A stretch of 16,554 nt of DNA, from the NCBI GenBank assembly GCA_012030735.1, contig JAAUUW010000065.1, forward strand, positions 1-16,554. The letters run 5' to 3'. The notes under the pieces were generated by a model. The model worked only from the letters and a program-made list of their open reading frames with translations. It did no database searches and was not told where the DNA came from. The stretch's first letter is position 1, and each line of letters opens with the position of its first letter. The DNA is from Acaryochloridaceae cyanobacterium SU_2_1 (GTDB lineage: Bacteria; Cyanobacteriota; Cyanobacteriia; Thermosynechococcales; Thermosynechococcaceae). Positions 1 to 8,628 of the stretch are shown here, one piece after another. The translations under genes and the position numbers were made by a program.

Positions 1-1
1 C

Positions 2-334
2 CTATTGGGATTTCTTTGTGTCACCGCCGTAGAACTGTTGCGCTTGACCTATTTAGAGCGCACACAGCCTCAACTCCCTGCCCAAGATGTTCTGACACCA
101 TTACAAATCAAAGTTCTAACTGCCAAAATACCGAAGGTTCCTAAAGCGCTGACGGTTCCATGGGCTGTTAAAGCAGTTGCACGACTCGGAGGATATCTTG
201 AGCATCGTCGCAACACACCGATTGGAATTCAAGTGCTCTGGAAAGGATGGGCTAAGTTAAATGACCTGATGGAGGGCTGGCTGTTGGCCACCCAGGAAAA
301 CTTAGCGGGAAAAGTCAGATCCCAGAGGAGTGCC
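2..334 (+). mobile_element. 3' fragment of an IS4-family (Tn5/IS50-like) transposase gene, truncated by the window edge; no stop codon of its own
   Basis: The frame is open from nt 2. The translation ...VPWAVKAVARLGGYLEHRRNTPIGIQVLWKGWAKLNDLMEGWLLA resembles, from memory, the Tn5 transposase C-terminus (LQWAYMAIARLGGFMDSKRTGIASWGALWEGWEALQSKLDGFLAA). The 3' boundary and terminal inverted repeat could not be located, so the end coordinate is approximate. Confidence 0.65.
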
Positions 335-745
335 ATGATGTTGGAGAAATATCTGCCCTGTGTGGCCCAAGGGCTGCTGTCTGCAATTTTTATCCGTGCT
401 GGTATTGGCCATTGTCTAGAATTTGAAAAGATGCAAGGGGCGATCGCAACTCAGGGGGTTCCTGATCTGTTGGCGCTAATGATGGCTATCGGAGGCATTC
501 TGCTGCTCTTGGGGGGAGGGCTTTCGATTTTGGTGGGATATAAAACTGCATGGGGTGCGATCGCAGTGATCCTTTTTCTAATTCTGGCCACCCTAATGTT
601 CCATTGGCAGTTAACAGACCCCCAAGAACAGATTCAGTTTTTCAAGAATCTGGGCCTCATCGGTGGACTCCTATTGTTATTAGAGAGGGGTGCTGGGCCC
701 CTGAGCCTAGATGCTAGGCAAAGCTCCCGTCTTGGTCAAGACTAA
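335..745 (+). CDS. DoxX-family small integral membrane protein (136 aa)
   Basis: ATG ATG at 335-340 is preceded by gaggag (325-330). The protein MMLEKYLPCVAQGLLSAIFIRAGIGHCLEF...FFKNLGLIGGLLLL has about 4 predicted hydrophobic helices and a DoxX-like pattern. It lies in the same frame as the upstream transposase remnant. Confidence 0.75.
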   Translation: MMLEKYLPCVAQGLLSAIFIRAGIGHCLEFEKMQGAIATQGVPDLLALMMAIGGILLLLGGGLSILVGYKTAWGAIAVILFLILATLMFHWQLTDPQEQIQFFKNLGLIGGLLLLLERGAGPLSLDARQSSRLGQD

Positions 746-893
746 GCCACTTGGCCTAAAAATCAGGGTGATTTCCGATAATTCTGCCCTTGTGTGCCCT
801 TTTCAGGAAGACAATGACATCAGGTTGAGGTAATGCTCTAAAATTGACTGTAATGATGTTTCCCCTAGCTATTATTTTGACGAGTCATGTCCT

Positions 894-1676
894 ATGACCA
901 AAGCTTCCTCTTTGCCTGAAGATCTCTGGAATTCCTTTTTCAACCGTGTTATTTCACCCATTAGACATTCTGTATGGTCAGATCTAACCCTGAACGTTCT
1001 AGAGCCACTCCGTCGCTTTGCCAACCGTTGGCTCAGCTTGCAAAGAGAGGGGTTATTGGCCTGGTTGATCGCTTTAGCAGCGGCCTTATTACTACTGGTC
1101 TGGAATGGGTCCTTACTATTTGCCTTGGTGATGGGCTTAGGCACAGTTTTTGTTGTCCATCACTTCTATGGATCAGAGGTGAGATCAACCCTGAACAAGG
1201 GAAAAAGGCTCCTTTTCGCCTATGCCTCAGTGATCGTAGCGGTGGGAGCTGGCCTAGTGTCCCTTGTGGCAAGCTACCTGACCCTCCTCATTTGGCAAGA
1301 CACGAATAGCTTGGCCCTCGCCCTGGCTATTCTGTTGCAAGGCTTAGCACTGCTGACCATATTGGGCTTTCTTCTCTGGCAGAATCTAAGGGCTGTCAAG
1401 GGCAGTACTCCCCTTGCCTTAGAAGACTGGGTTAACTCTTTAGCTACAGATAGTCCCCTGAGTCGGCTGATTGCAGTCCGTCAAATTAGTCACCGCATTG
1501 ACTCAGCCTCACTCAATTCTGCTCAGACTAAAGAATTGAGTGAGTATTTCCAACTCTTGCTACAGCAAGAGTCTGAGCCAATCGTTCGTCATGCTATTTT
1601 GGACGGTCTATTGATTTTGAACGCACCTGTCACCCAAGAACTGCCTGCTAGCCCCCGCTCAACCATCAAGCTGTAA
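894..1676 (+). CDS. Hypothetical membrane protein with a C-terminal HEAT-like repeat region
   Basis: 260-aa ORF with several hydrophobic segments (LLAWLIALAAALLLLVW, LFALVMGLGTVFVV, ASVIVAVGAGLVSLVASYL, LALALAILLQGLALLTILGFLLW). The C-terminal motifs SRLIAVRQISHRI and EPIVRHAILDGLL look HEAT-like. No function is assigned. Confidence 0.6.
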   Translation: MTKASSLPEDLWNSFFNRVISPIRHSVWSDLTLNVLEPLRRFANRWLSLQREGLLAWLIALAAALLLLVWNGSLLFALVMGLGTVFVVHHFYGSEVRSTLNKGKRLLFAYASVIVAVGAGLVSLVASYLTLLIWQDTNSLALALAILLQGLALLTILGFLLWQNLRAVKGSTPLALEDWVNSLATDSPLSRLIAVRQISHRIDSASLNSAQTKELSEYFQLLLQQESEPIVRHAILDGLLILNAPVTQELPASPRSTIKL

Positions 1677-1812
1677 GAAAGGTTGAATGGATTAAATGTA
1701 GGTCTTAGGATCCTTAGTTATCCTCAAGCAGAGATAGCACCCAGAGATGACACCCCTTGAAGAGGACTGTCTAGCCAGAGGTTCAGGGAAGGGTCAATCA
1801 ATTATCAATCAA

Positions 1813-2709
1813 TTAATTGCAAGCGCTTCCAGCACAGACTGGCCCATTGGTAGAGTTAGGGCGAATCGGTCGAGGCCGTGAGGGAAGACCGGGTTGAAAA
1901 CCCGGGACAGCGACGGGAAGGCTGAGGTTGTCTACTGGAGTGGCAGCGGAGGTTGTCCCTGCTGGGGGCAAGGGCGAGGGCTGAGTCGCAGTGGCTGCTG
2001 ATTTTGTGTCTAGCTTTATACCCACCTTGGGGGCCAGGGCGAGGAAGGTCTTAATGGGAATCCCCAAATTGAAGCCTGCCTTAACTTGGATCCCCTCACT
2101 GAGATCTGTTTCGGCGCGGCCATGGATACCCACCAACTGGCCACTATCATTGATCACGGGGCCACCACTCATGCCCTTGCGGGTCAGGTTGCTATAGACC
2201 AAAGAATAACCATCCTTCGCTTGGGCATTTTGACCCGTCACCTCACCCTTGGTGAATTGGAAAAGACGGTCAGCAATGGCTTGCCCAGGATCGGGGTAGC
2301 CCGCCACATAGACCACCGCTAGGATATTAGCCTGACCTGAAGCGGCGAACTGGGCGGTACTATAGCTGTGATCACTGGTAAAAGTGATCACAGCTAGGTC
2401 AACCCCTGGCAGTTTTTTGACGTTTTGGTAGTTGACGGGATATTTTTGCTTGTCCTTGGTGATGATCTTATATTCAAAGTCAGGGTATCTGACCACATGC
2501 TCTGCGGTTAAAACCGTATAGGTCTTGCCCTGCTTATTGATAATCACACCAGAACCAGGTGAATCACTATCAACAACAACCGTAAAGCCTTCTACCTGCT
2601 CAATCTGGCCCTCGGTTAGAGCGATAGCCTTAGGGATGGTAAGACAGGCCATGGTCCCAGTCAGGCATAGGCCCCCAAGAATGGCTGTAAATTTTGCATT
2701 TAATCCCAT
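1813..2709 (-). CDS. Secreted trypsin-like (S1 family) serine protease with a Pro-rich C-terminal tail
   Basis: N-terminal signal-like segment (AILGGLCLTGTMACLT). Catalytic triad contexts are TAEHVV (His), VDLAVITF (Asp) and GMSGGPVINDSGQLVGIHG (Ser). The C-terminus is Pro/Ser/Thr-rich and ends in CAGSACN. Confidence 0.88.
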   Translation of the reverse strand: MGLNAKFTAILGGLCLTGTMACLTIPKAIALTEGQIEQVEGFTVVVDSDSPGSGVIINKQGKTYTVLTAEHVVRYPDFEYKIITKDKQKYPVNYQNVKKLPGVDLAVITFTSDHSYSTAQFAASGQANILAVVYVAGYPDPGQAIADRLFQFTKGEVTGQNAQAKDGYSLVYSNLTRKGMSGGPVINDSGQLVGIHGRAETDLSEGIQVKAGFNLGIPIKTFLALAPKVGIKLDTKSAATATQPSPLPPAGTTSAATPVDNLSLPVAVPGFQPGLPSRPRPIRPNSTNGPVCAGSACN

Positions 2710-2986
2710 GCTGCTTATCCAGTAACCTTAAGAAGAATCATATCTCAAGGTTTTAGATTACTTCAATTTATTTGTTGATTTCTGTTGCTTAGGTGATTGT
2801 TTTAGCTGCCAGATTTCTGTAGATTACTGAGAGAGCGAATATGATCAGGGTTTTCAGCTAAAAACAGCCCTTAGGGTCAGTTAATCGCTATCTTAAGCCA
2901 AGGAATTTCTAGGAAGAAGTCCAGCTCATTTGCTTTATTTTCATAACCCATCTATGGGCAATGTCCTATACAGCGAAGCACGGAGG

Positions 2987-4036
2987 ATGTCAATGCTGCA
3001 GAAACGGTACTTAGCCTTAGCCCAGCTCTTGATTTTGAGCTCATGCTTGGGAGGTTTTGGGCTTGAGGATCGAGTTGCGATCGCCCAAAAACGAGACACT
3101 GCGATCTACGAAGACGATCTCAACACTGCGGATGGTTTGCGATGGGCTGGTCCTAAACTACCCTACCGTCGAACTGTGGATATTAAAGATGGTCTAGTGG
3201 GTGTGCCCTTGGGCAAGGTGGCAGCAGATCGTCATGGAATTGGCTCCTCTGTGAATCTTGCTGACATAATCACCGGCACTTTTTCCCACCCAGTTCCTGG
3301 AAGAGCTGTCTATATTTCCCTGTGGGGAAGTAAAATCGAAGGCTGCTTTGTAGAAATTGTTGTTCAACTAGCACCGAATAATGACACCTTAGAAAAAGCA
3401 GATATGGTACCCAGTCTTTTAGAGCTGGGAATTGGCAGTCAACTGTTGGAGTTACCGCCGCAAACCACAAGCGAGCCCAAATTATTAAGCCAGAACTATC
3501 GATACTTTGCCGCCAACTTACAGGACGAATCGACGGGCACCTGGTATATGACCCGTAATGTATTTGTAGTGGATTCAGCCATTGCCCAGATTCTTAGTAA
3601 TGCCCCTGACTCGGAAGTGCGTGCCCGCCTGACCATGGCCAATGGCCAAAAAATCTTGATTCCCATCAATAAAAAAACGGTGGCGAGCTGGAAAACAGCC
3701 TATGCCTTTAACCCTGCTTGTCAATCCCCAGACAAACTTGCTCAACAAACAGCCCTCAGCCAAAAGCCTTTGCTGAAAGCCTTTACCGACTATTCTGGTT
3801 CGGCTAGCCAGATAGCAGCCTTAGACTGGCTTCAAACTCAAATCAACGCACCGATCTTGGCTGAATTTACACAGCGTTGGCGAGGCACAAAAACTGCCAA
3901 TGGTCAGTCCTTAAAGTTGATCAATGCCGCTAAGTTCTACCAGAAAATACCCCAGCAACAAGAAGCGCTGGAATGGTTACAAGGTAAACTTACCAAACAT
4001 ACCCAAGACCAGTTTTTACAAAAATGGGGATCCTGA
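2987..4036 (+). CDS. Secreted hypothetical protein with two C-terminal 24-aa repeats
   Basis: The ORF is open from 2930. The likely start is ATG 2987 or 2993, after ggagg at 2982-2986, giving the signal peptide MSMLQKRYLALAQLLILSSCLGG. Repeat consensus is Q-x-x-A-L-[DE]-W-L-Q-x2-[IL]-x7-F-x-Q-[RK]-W, at nt 3809-3880 and 3956-4027. Confidence 0.65.
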   Translation: MSMLQKRYLALAQLLILSSCLGGFGLEDRVAIAQKRDTAIYEDDLNTADGLRWAGPKLPYRRTVDIKDGLVGVPLGKVAADRHGIGSSVNLADIITGTFSHPVPGRAVYISLWGSKIEGCFVEIVVQLAPNNDTLEKADMVPSLLELGIGSQLLELPPQTTSEPKLLSQNYRYFAANLQDESTGTWYMTRNVFVVDSAIAQILSNAPDSEVRARLTMANGQKILIPINKKTVASWKTAYAFNPACQSPDKLAQQTALSQKPLLKAFTDYSGSASQIAALDWLQTQINAPILAEFTQRWRGTKTANGQSLKLINAAKFYQKIPQQQEALEWLQGKLTKHTQDQFLQKWGS

Positions 4037-4040
4037 ATTA

Positions 4041-4763
4041 ATGGATGAGCGATTTACGGTGGAGGTGATTTCCCAATCTCTGAACCCCCAACAAATTATT
4101 TATGCTGCGATGCATCAGGATTATGCAGAGGAGTTGGTCTGGGATCAACGGGATCAATGGCCCGATGAGCAAAATTCTGGCGAGCTAGTGGTCAAAAATC
4201 TTTTGCAAGGTAATCGAGGCCATTATGGTCCCTTTGAGCATCCTCAAATTGTCTTGAATTTTGGTTATTTTCCCCATAGCACCATGCAGCAAATGCGTAC
4301 TCATCGGAACGTATCCTTTGATGTGCAATCCTTTCGCTATACGGGTCAGAGAATTTTAGAGGTGGCTGAGGGTAAACAAGATCTAGAGGATGTCTTCTAT
4401 TTACGGCCCGTGGGCAGCTATAGCGATCGTCAGGGCAAAAAATATGACTATACGGCCGAGCAGCGTCAGCAAGATCTAGACTGGTGCCAGCAAGCTTGCC
4501 AGCGCTATGCTGAACGAGTGGGGCAAGGGCTAGCGGAAGAGCATGCCCGGGGGCTGATTCCCTTTGATGTGCGTCAACATTGGGTGATGAGTGCCAATGC
4601 ACGATCGCTGATGCATCTGCTAGATATTCGGGGTAAATTTGATGTCCAAATTGAAACTCGGATCATGACCGAACTGATGTTTACCCAGTTTCAACAATGG
4701 ATGCCAGAAGTTGCCAGTTGGTACGAAAAGACTCGGTGGCGTAAAGGACCTTTAGCGCCCTAA
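4041..4763 (+). CDS. thyX: FAD-dependent thymidylate synthase ThyX
   Basis: ThyX signature RHRxxSxxxxSxRY is seen as MRTHRNVSFDVQSFRY. The N-terminus MDERFTVEVISQSLNPQQIIYAAMHQDY is typical. ATG 4041 lies 4 nt after the upstream stop (4034-4036). The 3924 start in the ORF track overlaps the upstream gene and is rejected. Confidence 0.92.
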   Translation: MDERFTVEVISQSLNPQQIIYAAMHQDYAEELVWDQRDQWPDEQNSGELVVKNLLQGNRGHYGPFEHPQIVLNFGYFPHSTMQQMRTHRNVSFDVQSFRYTGQRILEVAEGKQDLEDVFYLRPVGSYSDRQGKKYDYTAEQRQQDLDWCQQACQRYAERVGQGLAEEHARGLIPFDVRQHWVMSANARSLMHLLDIRGKFDVQIETRIMTELMFTQFQQWMPEVASWYEKTRWRKGPLAP

Positions 4764-4903
4764 GTTTCGTCTAGGGATCGAATTGAGACTCTCCTTGCCA
4801 TGGCGATGGACTAGATTTGTCCTGCGATGCTGCCCGTCATTCTGCAATTTTGCCCTTCTCTATGCTCACCTTCTCTCTACAGTAAACAGATACAGGCTTA
4901 CAT

Positions 4904-6154
4904 ATGTCTATGACCCCTCGGCAATGGCGATCCTTAATCAGTGCAACTGTAATGGCGATCGCAACGACACTTGCCACCGCTATCTCCCCTGCCACCGCCA
5001 AACTAGAGGACAGTCCCAAAGCCTTAGTCGATCAAGCCTGGCAAATTGTCCATCAAGAATATGCGGATCGCAGCTTTAACGACAAAGATTGGTTAGCTGT
5101 CCGCCAACAATATTTAAGCCAGCCCTACAGTTCAACTGACCAAGCCTATTTGGCGGTTGACCAAATGCTCAAGCAATTGGGAGATCCCTATACGCGTTTT
5201 TTGACTCCAGCGGGCATGAAGGATATCGTCGATAACGTTTCTGGTGACTTTATTGGGGTGGGAGTGACCGTCACCTTAGACCCCCTCACCCAAGAATGGG
5301 TTGTGCTCGAGGTGGCCCCCGGTTCCCCCGCAGCAAATGTGGGGATTAGCAAGCAAGACATTGTGGTCAGCATCAATGGCAAACAGACCGCCAGTATTAA
5401 CCCTCGGCAAGCTAGTCAATACATTATTGGACCTGTGGGCAGTAAAGTTGCCCTGCAAGTCCGGCGAGGGCGAGATTTCTTAGTCCATCAGTTAGTGCGC
5501 GAGCATATTGATCTTAACCCCCTGATCTATGGGGTCCAAAGCACAGATAAGGGCAAGTTTGGTTATATCCGCATGCCCGTTTTTACCACTAAATCGACCA
5601 AGGCCATGGAGCAAGCCTTGATTACCTTAGAAAAGCAGCAAGTACAGGGCTATCTTTTAGACTTACGTCACAATCCAGGCGGTGTGTTTGAGGCCAGTAT
5701 TGACATTGCCCGCCTATGGATGGGCTCTGGTCAAGTGATCTCTTCTATTTTACAAAGAGGACAAAAGGAAGTATTTCGTGCCCCAGGGCCAGGCTATACA
5801 GCCAAGCCTCTCGTGGTCCTAGTGGATGAACAGTCTGCCAGTGCTAGCGAAGTCCTAGCCGCCGCCCTCCAAGATAATCGCCGCGCTCCAATAGTCGGCA
5901 CTAAAACCTTTGGCAAGGGCATTGTCCAAAATCTTAAGGCCCTGACGGACGGATCGGGCGTCGTTGTCACCACTGCTCAATACTTTACCCCCAAGGGCAA
6001 AAATATCCACAAGATTGGCTTAACCCCTGATCTAATTGTTAATCTGCCGGAGGGGACAAGCTTCAAACCCAAAGCCAGTGAGGTTCTGCCACCCCTGACC
6101 GATCAGCAATATGCCCGAGCTTTAAAACTACTCACCAAACAGACTCGGCCTTAA
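4904..6154 (+). CDS. Carboxyl-terminal processing protease (S41 family, Ctp; paralogue A/B/C not resolved)
   Basis: Signal or TM segment (LISATVMAIATTLATAISPATA), a PDZ-like region (VVLEVAPGSPAANVGISKQDIVVSING) and S41 catalytic contexts (VDEQSASASEVLAAAL; TFGKGIVQ). Confidence 0.92.
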   Translation: MSMTPRQWRSLISATVMAIATTLATAISPATAKLEDSPKALVDQAWQIVHQEYADRSFNDKDWLAVRQQYLSQPYSSTDQAYLAVDQMLKQLGDPYTRFLTPAGMKDIVDNVSGDFIGVGVTVTLDPLTQEWVVLEVAPGSPAANVGISKQDIVVSINGKQTASINPRQASQYIIGPVGSKVALQVRRGRDFLVHQLVREHIDLNPLIYGVQSTDKGKFGYIRMPVFTTKSTKAMEQALITLEKQQVQGYLLDLRHNPGGVFEASIDIARLWMGSGQVISSILQRGQKEVFRAPGPGYTAKPLVVLVDEQSASASEVLAAALQDNRRAPIVGTKTFGKGIVQNLKALTDGSGVVVTTAQYFTPKGKNIHKIGLTPDLIVNLPEGTSFKPKASEVLPPLTDQQYARALKLLTKQTRP

Positions 6155-6180
6155 CCCTTACCCCAGCCTTGAGAATCAGC

Positions 6181-7542
6181 TCAGAGCGTCATCGCCTGCG
6201 GATTCTCTTCCAAGAGTATTGCGAGATCCTTGAGAAAGGCAGCAGCATCAGCGCCATAGATCACTCGGTGATCACAGGTGATGTTCACCTTCATTTGTCG
6301 CTTGACCCCTAACATACCCTGTTGATCAGCCACAACCTGGGGTTGGGAGCCACCAATGGCCAAGATCGATCCTTGGCCAGGGGGCAAGATCGCATCAAAG
6401 CTATCCACCCCAAACATGCCCAGGTTAGAGAGGGTAAAGGTGCCAGTGCTATATTCCTGGGGCTGGAGTTGCTTGGTCCGCGCCCGCGCCACTAGATCCT
6501 TCCAAGTTCGAGACAGGGAGTAGAGATCCAGCTGGTCTGCCTGGGGGAGGACGGGGGTAATCAGACCACCACCAGGCATGGCCACAGCAACAGCAATATT
6601 GATTTGGCTATTGTATTGAATTCCCTCGGGGGCAAAACTGGCATTGACTAAGGGATGCTGGCGCAGGGTGAGGGCAATCGCCTTTGCCAACAGAGCGGTC
6701 ATGGTCACGCCTTTGCCCTTGACTTGCTGGTAGAGCTGATCTAATGCATCGGTAATGATTGTATAGCCAACATGGAAAGTAGGGACTTCTAAGCTGGCGA
6801 TCATATTATTGATCACTGCTTGCTGCAAAGTATTGAAGGGTACCCGTTCACCTGCTGCCACTGCTGCTGGCAAAGGCGCTGCTGATAGAGACGCCGACGC
6901 TGGCTGAGAGGGCATGGTGCTATGACTGGGCGTGGCGTTGCTTCTACCTGAAGTTTGGCCCGCAGCCGCTTCGATATCTGCTGCGACAATCCGACCATGG
7001 GGACCCGTTCCCCTTAGGCTAGTGGGATCTACTTTGAATTGCTTGGCGAGTTTACGGGCACGGGGAGATAGAGCCAGACGACCGCTTGAACTGGGCTGGG
7101 GAGCAGTCTGGGTCGGGGTTACCGTTGCCGTGACGGAGGTCGGGGCTGGGTTGCCACCGCCATTTAAGGCGGCAGCAACGGCCGGAGAAGAATTGGTGAT
7201 CGCAACAGCAGCCTCTGCCCCTGCAGCAGGGGTCGGCGCTGGAGCAACTGGAACCGAAGCAGTAGCGGTATTGGCCTTGGCCTGGGCTTCGGGAATTTCA
7301 GCTTCGGTTTCAGCGACATAACCCAGGGCAGAACCCACGGCAGCAACGCCCCCTGCAGGCACAGCAATCGCCGCTAAATACCCACTATAGAAAGATTCCA
7401 CATCCATATCGGCCTTATCCGATTCCACGATGAGGACGGTGTCACCCTTTTCTACCTTGTCTCCTGGCTCCTTCGACCAAGAGACAATCTTGCCCTCCGT
7501 CATGGTCGAGCTGAGCGCGGGCATAAACACTTCATGAATCAT
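6181..7542 (-). CDS. pdhC: Dihydrolipoamide acetyltransferase, E2 component of pyruvate dehydrogenase
   Basis: N-terminal lipoyl domain (MIHEVFMPALSSTMTEGKIVSW...VESDKADMDVE), a long Ala/Pro-rich linker, a subunit-binding motif (LSPRARKLAKQFKVD...GTGPHGRI) and the catalytic motif DHRVIYGADAAAFL. Confidence 0.95.
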   Translation of the reverse strand: MIHEVFMPALSSTMTEGKIVSWSKEPGDKVEKGDTVLIVESDKADMDVESFYSGYLAAIAVPAGGVAAVGSALGYVAETEAEIPEAQAKANTATASVPVAPAPTPAAGAEAAVAITNSSPAVAAALNGGGNPAPTSVTATVTPTQTAPQPSSSGRLALSPRARKLAKQFKVDPTSLRGTGPHGRIVAADIEAAAGQTSGRSNATPSHSTMPSQPASASLSAAPLPAAVAAGERVPFNTLQQAVINNMIASLEVPTFHVGYTIITDALDQLYQQVKGKGVTMTALLAKAIALTLRQHPLVNASFAPEGIQYNSQINIAVAVAMPGGGLITPVLPQADQLDLYSLSRTWKDLVARARTKQLQPQEYSTGTFTLSNLGMFGVDSFDAILPPGQGSILAIGGSQPQVVADQQGMLGVKRQMKVNITCDHRVIYGADAAAFLKDLAILLEENPQAMTL

Positions 7543-7649
7543 GGGTTAGCGTTCCAAAACCAAATAGCGACATAAACCATAGCTTATCCAGTTTGAATTT
7601 TAGCTTGATTCGCGCCGCTAGAATGATGTCCTTATAGCCAATATCGAAG

Positions 7650-8519
7650 TTATTGGAATCCTCCGGTCAACCAGGCTGTTGGATCTACAGATTTGCCGTT
7701 GACATTGAGGCCAAAATGCAAATGCGGGCCTGTAGAAGCCCCCGTAGAACCAACAGTACCGATAATTTGACCCTTTTGGACCATTTGACCCTCTTTAACA
7801 TTGATCTGACTCAAGTGCAAATAAACTGTGTTGACCCCTTGGCCATGATCAATCCCGATAATATTGCCATGAATGCGAAAACCCTCAGCTTCACGACCCA
7901 CCAGCCGCACCTGACCCGAGGCCGCTGCCTTGACCGGAGAGCCAGCCCAGCCTGCGTAATCTAGACCGCGATGATAGTCTGGATCTGAATAATCACCGTT
8001 GTAAATACGTCGAATGCCGTACCCAGCGGTTAATGGTCCATTGTTGGGGCGCTGAAAAGGGCCATTCCAGAGCCGTTTAGGAGAAACAATGGCCTTGAAG
8101 GCATCGACGCGGTCAAATTCTAAGTCTGTCCCAGAATGATCATTCCCTGGCAGCCAAATACTTTGGGTAGGAAACCAGCGATCGCCAATCCATAGCACCA
8201 TATTGCGGGTCTGCTGATTGCCGGTGACAAGGAGGCTGCGTCGGCCATGCTTCTCTATGGCGATCGTAGGCATTAAAGCTCGCCAACGGTTGGCAGAGAT
8301 TTGATAGACCGGTAAAGCTTGTCCTGCAACTTTTATGGTGGGTGCTTGATTAAGCTGCTCTCCAGGCTCTGGGGTGACTGTAATGGAGAGCGTATCGCCC
8401 AAGCGAGGTTTAGAGGGTTGAACCACCACTTCAATGGCTAGGGCAGGGGCAAGACCGATGCTTGAGAAGCAAATAGTCCATAGCACCAATCTGAGCGTGG
8501 CAATAGATTGAAAGGTCAT
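7650..8519 (-). CDS. M23 family metallopeptidase (LytM/lysostaphin-like), secreted
   Basis: Signal peptide (LVLWTICFSSIGLAPALA). M23 motifs are HRGLDYA (HxxxD) and GSTGASTGPHLHFGLNVNG (HxH). Confidence 0.9.
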   Translation of the reverse strand: MTFQSIATLRLVLWTICFSSIGLAPALAIEVVVQPSKPRLGDTLSITVTPEPGEQLNQAPTIKVAGQALPVYQISANRWRALMPTIAIEKHGRRSLLVTGNQQTRNMVLWIGDRWFPTQSIWLPGNDHSGTDLEFDRVDAFKAIVSPKRLWNGPFQRPNNGPLTAGYGIRRIYNGDYSDPDYHRGLDYAGWAGSPVKAAASGQVRLVGREAEGFRIHGNIIGIDHGQGVNTVYLHLSQINVKEGQMVQKGQIIGTVGSTGASTGPHLHFGLNVNGKSVDPTAWLTGGFQ

Positions 8520-8628
8520 AAATGATCGGGGGTGAGATTGTTGGGGTTGTTTTTATCAAGAGCCACGCAGGGGATCTGCGGATCGGTTGCTCTATTTCTA
8601 AGCCTTATAGCTCCTCACTAGCAAAGGA

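Noticed and set aside
872-1309. Three overlapping ORFs (872-1144 minus, 974-1309 plus, 1033-1272 minus) inside the 894-1676 gene
   Set aside because: The 260-aa frame has coherent transmembrane segments and a HEAT-like C-terminus. The alternatives are Arg/Ser/Pro-rich, as expected of out-of-frame translation.
3924-4040. N-terminal extension of thyX from the track start at 3924
   Set aside because: The extension overlaps the 3' end of the upstream gene and has no ThyX similarity. ATG 4041 gives the canonical ThyX N-terminus.
4192-4602. 136-aa ORF antisense to thyX
   Set aside because: It lies entirely inside, and opposite to, a gene with strong family motifs. It has no recognisable motifs of its own and looks like a typical shadow ORF.
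4783-5079. 98-aa ORF overlapping the start of the Ctp protease gene
   Set aside because: It is Cys/Arg-rich out-of-frame sequence. The Ctp frame starting at 4904 has a clear signal peptide and family motifs.
6932-7321. 129-aa Ala/Gly-rich ORF (plus 6813-6998 and 7164-7367) overlapping the E2 gene
   Set aside because: This is a by-product of the GC-rich Ala/Pro linker region of E2, read on the other strand or in another frame. The composition is low-complexity.
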